NCBI GenBank assembly: GCA_038136695.1
Contig: JAYQAK010000005.1
Location: 1 to 36,262, forward strand
Direction: 5' to 3'
Source of the DNA: Poseidonia sp.
Lineage (GTDB): Archaea > Thermoplasmatota > Poseidoniia > Poseidoniales > Poseidoniaceae
DNA: 36,262 nucleotides
A program made the position numbers and the translations under genes. This document shows positions 17,501 through 29,346 of the stretch, piece after piece (position 1 is the stretch's first letter; every line of letters begins with the position of its first letter). Below the pieces are notes generated by a model. The model had not been told where the DNA came from. It saw nothing but the letters and a program-made list of their open reading frames with translations, and searched no databases.

Positions 17501-18731
17501 TCCTCAAGTCACCCACACGTTTACGACACCTGGGATTCACACCGTGACCTTGGTCGTCACGGACAAGGAAGGCGCAGAAAGCTTCCCACGAACGATGACG
17601 GTTCGCATTGCCAACCCCTTGCCAATCATCCAAGTTCGCATCCTCGATGGTTGGTTGGACGGCGAATTGATCACCACCTCCACGGTGTTCCCCGAAGGCT
17701 CCACTCCCGATGATTGGTCGCACACCTTCAACGAAGACGGCGCCGTTGTGACCGCACCGAAGCGCTTGTTGTACTTTGATTCGAGCGGAACTCGGGACGG
17801 TGACCGACAATTCGAAGGCAAGTACGTCCCGTTTGAAACGGAATCGCCTGATTGGAACGGCTTGGTCGAGTACACGTGGGATTTCGGTGATGCCACCCCA
17901 CTCCAGCATGGTGCTTCACCGTGGCATGCCTATACACTGCCGGGCACCTACACCGTCTCGCTCACGGTAAGGGACGCCTTTGGAACAGGCGATGTGTCCC
18001 GCTCGACCTTCACCGTCGTGGTGGATCATCCTCCCGAAGTCAAGGCTATCTTCGTTCCAGAGAGCATTTTCAGCGGCTCTTCTGCTTCCTTTGATGCCGA
18101 TATCCACGACATGGAGGTCGGAAGCGAGATGGAGATTTATCGAGACCTCGACGTCGAGGACGGTTCCATCAGCGAGCGTGACGAGCGCATCGGCACCGAT
18201 TACAGCGTTCGATGGGACTTTGACTTGGACGTTGATGCCGATGAAAACGGCAACGCTGAGGACGATTGGGTCACACCCATCGCAGGGTCAACCACGCGAA
18301 CCATCAACACGTGGGATGCGACAGGATACTACACTGTGATGGTGGAAGTCTGCGACGGCATGGGCCAGTGTGCTACGCTGGCCGAGGACATCGAAGTGGT
18401 CCCCGAGCCCGAAGGCCCCCCTTCCCTTTCCGATTTCAGCGCAGAAGAATGGAAGTCCTGGCTGGCTGACGCTGGCTCTGAACTGGCGACCTTCATCGCT
18501 TTGATCGTGGTTGCCCTCATCTTGGGTTGGTTGGTGATGCGTGAACCAACAGAGCTCGAAGAAGAGGCCAAAGAAGCGGCTGAAACGTACACCGATATCG
18601 AACACGTTGAGTCGCAAGGTGGACTGCTGGGCATGGATCACCACCAGCCGCCCCCAGCACCGAAGATTCTCTCGAAGGACGAGCGTCGCAACGACGACAG
18701 CGGATATATTCGTCCTTTGCGACGACGATGA
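14520..18731 (+). CDS. Large cell-surface zinc metallopeptidase (M30/M6-like gluzincin) with multiple PKD domains and a C-terminal TM anchor
   Basis: Signal peptide, GGYF, AHELEHLLH (15237-15251) and WIDEGNAD. PKD signatures WVFGDN, WDWGDG, WTFTDG, WTFSDG and WDFGD. TM helix FIALIVVALILGWLVM. Start at ATG 14520. Confidence 0.88.
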   Translation: MQLSERRSSPAIFFMLLMVFASGGPLLLHAGAEGNASTTEATPYQAGGIVIGDLDEFDPSTGSEYLFIHEEEPVVSATSFMRQAWIDAGRPGVDSMVVEPSMGRSAGRACTPHSVGDTLTVNTAGGQISAYVAKTTTSVAFIVQSGRTLTSTVLNNLASTWDSTIYPTMTTYYGKDYQDGRGLAPPDVDNNCQVQIIIYDIDGAYNTGGYFAPSFASSREAVFVDFADITLSWGKSILAHELEHLLHNALDPYENLWIDEGNADVAIYLCFGADSTLRGHVNAWTGSPEQSVRWWNQRIADYGAGYLFTMYLAEHLGGGPAVRQLVQDSATGGRGVENLLLSPQAGQVGLLGRTMNEAFANFSVAVTLDSDQGIYGYPNLDLNPVCTGGAFCRAQPTETNSDWSGPWSSTGNTLEGWGIRSFKFTPGAASPAPLTLRMTADKSQFDGVIVTKATTDGLWSVTDLNFVNNVATGLVPGFGNLTDEVWVITWYASTVADCDYTSCGPSYPTGVIDVEAARITSPATLSLNNTVLSDRDGDGSDDTVNINYGVLSNAFFEDLDVEISVKDSSGQLVDTITDRIAAGGGIDVPGEVHFTAPLSDQYSFDLVMKDMLGDVVDTLQTSPQLLNNMKPVANGTVSMNDVQTWENIQFLGGGFDAWGLSLDNNTLPYLDLPTAYAWVFGDNGSSNLKSPLRAYTAVGSYNATLRVQDRGGSWSETQLHAINVSDDSAPIPIISVNNVVIDQDISLLTGQRILFSAGRTADNVPLEYLDFQWDWGDGTTSGGTGVYSQQHEWNDIDGENATFNLTLTVSDGINIGTKTLLVHINNRLPVQIFTETLTTMTYTSLVMPDVFKDDDGVLVGYTWTFTDGVRVGAGTPVRSDDYSIISSSESNPIVAWDTPGNKTVTLTVVDDDGSEATAVLNVVVLNQLPVATFDVRTLSAMGSKEIDFREEDGAVDTAYVFDGLDSRDPDGVVGDSSDIEVWNWTFSDGTFGDRPQVTHTFTTPGIHTVTLVVTDKEGAESFPRTMTVRIANPLPIIQVRILDGWLDGELITTSTVFPEGSTPDDWSHTFNEDGAVVTAPKRLLYFDSSGTRDGDRQFEGKYVPFETESPDWNGLVEYTWDFGDATPLQHGASPWHAYTLPGTYTVSLTVRDAFGTGDVSRSTFTVVVDHPPEVKAIFVPESIFSGSSASFDADIHDMEVGSEMEIYRDLDVEDGSISERDERIGTDYSVRWDFDLDVDADENGNAEDDWVTPIAGSTTRTINTWDATGYYTVMVEVCDGMGQCATLAEDIEVVPEPEGPPSLSDFSAEEWKSWLADAGSELATFIALIVVALILGWLVMREPTELEEEAKEAAETYTDIEHVESQGGLLGMDHHQPPPAPKILSKDERRNDDSGYIRPLRRR

Positions 18732-19819
18732 GGGAATCTCCTAAAACCGCCGCTTCCACCATCAGGTCGATGCAAGGGATGCGATGGGCTGCTTTTGCAC
18801 TGGTCACGGTGTTCCTTCTGCCCGTGCTGTCGTTTGGAGGCGGCTTGGCTCCTAACGCCCAAGCCGCAACGGGATGCGAGGGCGAGGTCGTGAACACCGA
18901 GTGGAACCAGACGGTCCAGCGTCACGCCCTCGTGCCTTTTTCATCCTGGGGTATGCCGTACTATGGTTACGAAGACGACGTGCGAACCAACGGCGATGAC
19001 GGTTTTGGTGAGGACGAAGATTCAGGAAAAATCCTCGGTGATTGGGATGAAGCCCTTCATCCCGAGGAGGCTTGGATGTACAATCCAACATGGCCTCTGC
19101 CCACCTTGGTGCCGTTCACCGAAGGCCATTACATCACCATGCTCGTTGGTAACGACAGTGCTGGTGCCTTGCGTTTCAATCTCTCCAGCGCCCATCGAAC
19201 CACCTTCTGTGTGAACCTCTATAGCGTGTCCGGGGGCGAATCCCAACCGGTTGATGCTGACGTCTATCTGATGACTTCGTCCCAATATGCCCGCTACGAG
19301 GATGTCTACCGAATGATTCACGGCGGGTGGTGGTGGCAGGACATTGACCTTGCAGGCGGCGACAACAATGTGCTGAGCGATATCCCGCCCGAGTGGCGAA
19401 GTTTCAATCCACTCGGCTGGCAATCTTACCGAGATGTCCATCAGTACGAATCCCGTTCAGAGGTTACGTTTTCAGTCGCCATGGACGCCCCCGAGGTCTA
19501 CACTTCGCTGTTTGGAAACGACGAATGGCAAGATTTCTATCTCGTGATCGATGCATGGGACAACACCCACGATGACGATGCAGGGGTTAGCGGGGAAGTG
19601 GTCGTTGCCGATGTGACGGTGTTGTCCGAAACGAGAAACGCCATTTTCCCGACGTGGACGGTGCCGTTGGTGTTGTTTGCCTTGTTGGCGGCAGTGTTCA
19701 TCGTTCCGATGGTGCTCAACAAGCGATATCACAATGCTGGATTGGGCCACGAGAGGCGTGAGGATACAACGGCTGTGCCCTACCTTGAACAAACACCTTC
19801 CGAAGCCGAGGACGGCTGA
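18728..19819 (+). CDS. Secreted, membrane-anchored hypothetical protein
   Basis: ATGA overlap with the upstream stop, signal peptide, acidic Trp-rich beta ectodomain and C-terminal TM helix. Confidence 0.8.
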   Translation: MRESPKTAASTIRSMQGMRWAAFALVTVFLLPVLSFGGGLAPNAQAATGCEGEVVNTEWNQTVQRHALVPFSSWGMPYYGYEDDVRTNGDDGFGEDEDSGKILGDWDEALHPEEAWMYNPTWPLPTLVPFTEGHYITMLVGNDSAGALRFNLSSAHRTTFCVNLYSVSGGESQPVDADVYLMTSSQYARYEDVYRMIHGGWWWQDIDLAGGDNNVLSDIPPEWRSFNPLGWQSYRDVHQYESRSEVTFSVAMDAPEVYTSLFGNDEWQDFYLVIDAWDNTHDDDAGVSGEVVVADVTVLSETRNAIFPTWTVPLVLFALLAAVFIVPMVLNKRYHNAGLGHERREDTTAVPYLEQTPSEAEDG

Positions 19820-19832
19820 TTGAGGGAACGAT

Positions 19833-20630
19833 TCAGTATTCCAAAAGCGTCCAGGCGTTCTTGAGATCCCGGATGTTCACGAGGCCCTTGTTCGAGAGTT
19901 TGAACTCCGTGCGCAAGGTGGCGTAAACGAGGCTTTGACCCATTACCGGTGCATGAAGGCGTGCCCAGTCGCCTCCGTTGCCAAGAGCCATGAGCGAGAA
20001 CGCATGGGATGAGTCCTTGAGTTCGTAGCTCGCCTCAACAATTTGCAGGGCGTCTTGATGGTCGTTAACGGTCCCACAGAATTTGAAAATTTCACCATCC
20101 TTGGCGTTCTCGTTGACCATGCTGACCAGTTCCTCTGCGCTCGGGGTGGTTGTCGTGTTGTGAATGGAAGAGATGACCTTCACGTTTGCTTTTCCAGCCT
20201 TTTCAACCATGGATTGACGGGCCTTGTCGTCGATCGAGAGTTCAAGGTCGACGCTGTTGACGCCCGAATCAATGGCCTGTTCCAAAATGGCCTGGCGGTC
20301 TTTTTCGTTGCTGGGGTAGTGTCCACCTTCGTCCTTGGGGCGCACCGTGAAGATGACCGGGAGCGGGATGCTCTCTTTCAAGGATTGAATCGAGGCTTCA
20401 ACATCGACGTCTGAGAGATCACGAACGGGCCACTCCTCTTCAGGAGGCATCACGCGCTTGACCTCACCGTCTTCGCCCTCGACTTCTTGCGGTTCGGGCT
20501 TTTTGAGGTACAGCCGATCAAAGCGGACCTCGACGAAATCGGCACCTGCGAGGTTGGCACGAGCAGCCTCGTCAGCCATTTCTTTCACGGTGGTGCCTTC
20601 CAGCGAAACGCACACTTTTGGTCCAGTCAT
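19833..20630 (-). CDS. aroD: Type I 3-dehydroquinate dehydratase
   Basis: ADFVEVRFD, IFTVRxxxEGG, VDLEL, ISSIH (catalytic His), IFKF (Schiff-base Lys) and MALGxxG..AR motifs. Start at ATG 20630. Confidence 0.85.
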   Translation of the reverse strand: MTGPKVCVSLEGTTVKEMADEAARANLAGADFVEVRFDRLYLKKPEPQEVEGEDGEVKRVMPPEEEWPVRDLSDVDVEASIQSLKESIPLPVIFTVRPKDEGGHYPSNEKDRQAILEQAIDSGVNSVDLELSIDDKARQSMVEKAGKANVKVISSIHNTTTTPSAEELVSMVNENAKDGEIFKFCGTVNDHQDALQIVEASYELKDSSHAFSLMALGNGGDWARLHAPVMGQSLVYATLRTEFKLSNKGLVNIRDLKNAWTLLEY

Positions 20631-25571
<4,941 letters not shown>

Positions 25572-25683
25572 CCACCTGCGTGGTCTGCCAGCACCTGCTT
25601 TCAGCAAGCAAGCGACGCATTGAAACGGGAAGGGATGTTCTCAGCGATTGCGGGGGCAACTCGCTGCCGCAGGTGTGATGTTG

Positions 25684-26940
25684 ATGGACGAGCGTTCACT
25701 GATATACGATTGGAACACGATTGAGTACGAATTCAACCGAAATGCGGCCAATCACCCTCACGGCGTTTGGTTTGACGACGAAACGTTGAGGGACGGTTTG
25801 CAAAGCCCCAGCGCACGAAACCCGACGATTGAGCAGAAGATCGAGTTGTTGGGTTACATGGAACAACTTGGCATTCAGAAAGTTGATCTCGGCCTCCCTG
25901 GGGCTGGACCGTTTCATCGAGACCACATCGATGCCATGCTCACCCACATCAAAGACAACGGCTACAGCATTCGTCCAGGCGCTGCGGTCCGTACCCTCAT
26001 GGGAGACATTGAGCCGCTGGTGGAGATGCAAGCCAAACACGACATGGAAATCCAAGCCTCGGCGTTCCTTGGCACCAGCCCTATCCGTCAGTACACCGAA
26101 GGGTGGACGATGGAGAAACTCATGACCACGATGGAAGCAGCGGTCTCCTATGCGGTTGAAAACGACGTGCCGGTGATGTTCGTGACCGAAGACACCACAC
26201 GTTCCAACCCAGAAGATGTGAAAGCCATCTATCAGCGAGCCATGGAATTGGGTGTTCGTCGCTTGTGCGTATGCGACACCTGCGGTCACGTGACGCCCAA
26301 CGGGGTGAAGAAACTCTTGCACTTCATTGACGAAGAAGTCATCAAAGACGCAGGATACCAACGCCGAGAGATCGAGGTCAACTGGCACGGTCACCAGGAC
26401 CGCGGCTTGGGCGTTGCGAACAACATCGCAGCGGTGGAAGCCGGAGCGGATGTCATTCACGGAACCGCCCTCGGTGTCGGTGAGCGAGCCGGTAACGCAC
26501 CATTGGACCAAACCTTGGTCAATCTGAAATTGATGGGCGTTATCGACAACGACTTGACCTTGCTTGACACCTACATGCAGAAGGCCAACGAATACATCGA
26601 AGTGCCGCTGCCGCGCAACTACCCTGTCTTTGGCGAGGATGCCTTCGAAACAGGTACCGGCGTGCACGCCTCGGCGGTCATCAAGGCCATGCGAAAGGGC
26701 GACCACTGGCTGGCAGACCGCGTGTACTCGGGCGTCCCCGCCGGTGACTTCGGTCTGAAGCAGGTGATTCGCATTGGCCACATGTCCGGACGTTCCAACA
26801 TCGTTTGGTGGCTTGAACAGAACGGTATCGAGGCCAACGACGACCTCGTGGCCCATTTGTTCGAAGTGGCGAAAGGTCAAAAGCGAAACATGTTGGATGA
26901 AGAAATCCACGCCGCTGTGGCTGCCTTTGCTGGCCAGTGA
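25684..26940 (+). CDS. LeuA-family DRE-TIM synthase (2-isopropylmalate/homocitrate/citramalate synthase-like) without a C-terminal regulatory domain
   Basis: DETLRDGLQ, CDTCG, HGHQDRG, GVGERAGN, GVH and SGRSNI motifs. SD AGGTG at 25671-25675; start at ATG 25684 or 25678. Confidence 0.88.
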   Translation: MDERSLIYDWNTIEYEFNRNAANHPHGVWFDDETLRDGLQSPSARNPTIEQKIELLGYMEQLGIQKVDLGLPGAGPFHRDHIDAMLTHIKDNGYSIRPGAAVRTLMGDIEPLVEMQAKHDMEIQASAFLGTSPIRQYTEGWTMEKLMTTMEAAVSYAVENDVPVMFVTEDTTRSNPEDVKAIYQRAMELGVRRLCVCDTCGHVTPNGVKKLLHFIDEEVIKDAGYQRREIEVNWHGHQDRGLGVANNIAAVEAGADVIHGTALGVGERAGNAPLDQTLVNLKLMGVIDNDLTLLDTYMQKANEYIEVPLPRNYPVFGEDAFETGTGVHASAVIKAMRKGDHWLADRVYSGVPAGDFGLKQVIRIGHMSGRSNIVWWLEQNGIEANDDLVAHLFEVAKGQKRNMLDEEIHAAVAAFAGQ

Positions 26941-28254
26941 TCAGGCGTCCTCTTCCTCGAATTCCTTCTCGTCGTTCGTGATTTTCGAGCCGATCCACTC
27001 GGAATCAACACCGCCGCCGCTCCATTCTCCGTCGAGGGAAATCTCGTTGATTTCGTGTTCTTCACGCCAGACCCGGTCTTCTTGGCTGCCGTTCACAATG
27101 AAATGCCCACTGGCATCAATCTGTTCTTCTAGCAGTGAAAAGTGCTTTGAAATCGGAAGGAAATGCCCAACAGGCATGCCTGCAGCCGTGAACGGATTGG
27201 TCGCAGCTCCGATGATCAACCCGTCCTCAGGGGCCACAATGTCCACGGTCATGCCGGGGGTGGCTGGGTCGGAAATGGTGGCCACAACTTCGCCTTCTCG
27301 CATCACGCTGCCTGCAGAAACGAACATGTCCAATAGACCTCCCTCGGCTGCCCGCAACCAAATTGAGCCGCTGGCCATGATGCGGAATTTCGGTCGTTGA
27401 GGGTTTCCGGGCACCATGCGCATGGATCGAAGAGCGTTCATGATGCCATGAACGGCGACCTTCACCGATTGGTCGCCGAGGAAATCGGCGCCGCCACCTT
27501 CGTACGTGATGACGGGAATGTCGGCAGCATTAGCGGTGCGGCGGAGGGTTCCTTTGGGAGGCACGGAATCAAGAAGGATTTCAATCCCGAAGGATTTGGC
27601 AAGTAAGTATGAACTTGTATGGGTCAAGTCGACACGAACTTGAGGCATATTGGTGCGTCCCTTGGCAGCGCTGTGGAGGTCGATGATGGCGTCGCTATCC
27701 TCCACCAGATGTTTCCAAATTTGGTCTGCCACGCGCTTGGTGGTTGAGCCACCGGGGTCGCCCGGGAATTGGCGGTTGAGGTCGCGTCCGTCGGGGAAAT
27801 AACGAGATTTCATCCGGTATCCCGGCAGGTTCACCACGGGAACGATCCGCAAGGTACCGGCCATGGTCTTGGGATCCAACGGCTTGCCTTCATCGGTGAA
27901 GGCGTTGCTGAGCAAGTGGGTGCAGGCAGAAGGTCCGGTCAACTCGTCACCGTGAATACCCCCCAAAATCGTGATGCAGGGGCCTGGACGCGAGCCGTGG
28001 ATGATGGTGACCGGAACGGGCCATCGGTCGCCCAGGTTCACGTCCAACAGCGGCAAGTGGATGGTTCGCAAGGTGCCGGGTTTGATGCGCTTCCGATAAA
28101 ACCGGACATCGCCCCAGTCAGAGGTCCTGTCCCATTCGGGGCGGTCTTCGGTTTGGTGCGCCTTCATGGCCTCATCAATGGCCATGCGCCGCCGTTTTGG
28201 TAGTTCGTGGGCCACGCGCACCTTTCGGACGGTTTTCTTCCCCCGCCCTGCCAT
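26941..28254 (-). CDS. Succinylglutamate desuccinylase/aspartoacylase (AstE/AspA, M14-like) family protein
   Basis: GGIHGDE, VPVVN, DLNRQFPG, IDLHS and YEGG motifs plus a C-terminal barrel-sandwich hybrid segment. Confidence 0.9.
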   Translation of the reverse strand: MAGRGKKTVRKVRVAHELPKRRRMAIDEAMKAHQTEDRPEWDRTSDWGDVRFYRKRIKPGTLRTIHLPLLDVNLGDRWPVPVTIIHGSRPGPCITILGGIHGDELTGPSACTHLLSNAFTDEGKPLDPKTMAGTLRIVPVVNLPGYRMKSRYFPDGRDLNRQFPGDPGGSTTKRVADQIWKHLVEDSDAIIDLHSAAKGRTNMPQVRVDLTHTSSYLLAKSFGIEILLDSVPPKGTLRRTANAADIPVITYEGGGADFLGDQSVKVAVHGIMNALRSMRMVPGNPQRPKFRIMASGSIWLRAAEGGLLDMFVSAGSVMREGEVVATISDPATPGMTVDIVAPEDGLIIGAATNPFTAAGMPVGHFLPISKHFSLLEEQIDASGHFIVNGSQEDRVWREEHEINEISLDGEWSGGGVDSEWIGSKITNDEKEFEEEDA

Positions 28255-28338
28255 GGTTTTGGCACACTCGCCTCCGTCATCAACGCTCCGCTTGTTCGGG
28301 AGGGAAGAACCATGAAGCGTCGTGTCTCCATAACGGCC

Positions 28339-28806
28339 ATGGACAAGCTTGGCGTTCAGCGAATGTATGCACCCTCATCGATTTGTTTTGGCTGTGGCCC
28401 AGCGAACGAACACGGCCTCCAGATCGATTCTCATCGAATCGATGGAGGATTGGTCATGGAATTTCGAGCAGAACCCCAACATCAGGCCTTTCCTGGGATG
28501 GTCAACGGAGGCATCATTGGTACGCTGCTTGACTGTCATGGGAACTGGACGGCGGCTGTGGCGTTGATGGATGAACAGGGCTTGGACGAACCACCCTGTA
28601 CGGTCACCGCCACCTACGAGGTCAAACTGAGGCGTCCAACCCCGGTATCCACACCTCTTACCGTGACCAGCGAAGTGGTTGAGTTGTTGGAGGATCGGGC
28701 AACCGTTACCTTGACGTTGGAGGCCGAAGGAAAGGTGTGCGCTACTGGAAGCGGTCTCTTCGTCGCCGTCAAAGAAGGTCACCCAGCCTATCACCGTTGG
28801 TCGTGA
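28339..28806 (+). CDS. PaaI/hot-dog fold thioesterase
   Basis: CFGCGPANEHGL, PGMVNGGIIGTLLDCH and VTAxxxVKLRRPTP motifs. Start at ATG 28339. Confidence 0.9.
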   Translation: MDKLGVQRMYAPSSICFGCGPANEHGLQIDSHRIDGGLVMEFRAEPQHQAFPGMVNGGIIGTLLDCHGNWTAAVALMDEQGLDEPPCTVTATYEVKLRRPTPVSTPLTVTSEVVELLEDRATVTLTLEAEGKVCATGSGLFVAVKEGHPAYHRWS

Positions 28807-28809
28807 GGG

Positions 28810-29346
28810 TTGTTCTTGGCGCGTCCCAATGCCGAGCAATCCCAAGCGCTCGAGCGCTTGAGAGAAGAGGTACTCGGTCAAATGGAAACCATGGATTTCA
28901 TCGACAGGAACATGGTGGAACAACTTCGCCAACAAGCGTTGGGGGTGCTTCGCAAGAGCGCAACGCAGCGACACGGGGTGACGCGTTGGAATCGTCTGCC
29001 AGACGGTCAGTTGAAGGTGGATTCTGTGGAACTTCACCCGGTTCTTCTCCAACCTTCGTGGTGGGAATATGCCGCCTTTGTCCTTTATCATGAATTTCTT
29101 CACGCTCTCGGTTGGCGAGCCCACGACCCCGTGTTTCGGGCTCTTGAAGCCTGTTGGCCACATGCAGAAGCCGCCGCCATGGGGCCTTCGTTTACCCACG
29201 CCATGCGGTCTTCACGGGCCTCCTGGATGTGGCGATGTCCACAGTGTGAGCAACAATACCCTCGTCAACGAAAAGCGGCTGGGCGCTATCTCTGTCGCAC
29301 CTGTCGTTGCGTATTGGAGGACATCGCCGTCAAGGACGCCCAATGA
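28810..29346 (+). CDS. SprT-like zinc metalloprotease with a C-terminal zinc ribbon
   Basis: HEFLH (29089-29103), HDPVFR and CPQC...CRTC. TTG start after GTGAGG. Confidence 0.8.
   Translation: MFLARPNAEQSQALERLREEVLGQMETMDFIDRNMVEQLRQQALGVLRKSATQRHGVTRWNRLPDGQLKVDSVELHPVLLQPSWWEYAAFVLYHEFLHALGWRAHDPVFRALEACWPHAEAAAMGPSFTHAMRSSRASWMWRCPQCEQQYPRQRKAAGRYLCRTCRCVLEDIAVKDAQ

Noticed and set aside
16500-18300. Possible DNA repeats or array within the PKD gene
   Set aside because: The repetition is at the protein-domain level only; there are no identical, regularly spaced nucleotide repeats, so it is not a CRISPR or tandem array.
25696-26910. 404-aa antisense ORF opposite the LeuA-family gene
   Set aside because: Shadow ORF lying wholly within a well-supported gene on the other strand, with no recognisable motifs. 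Codon bias in GC-rich genes depletes antisense stops.
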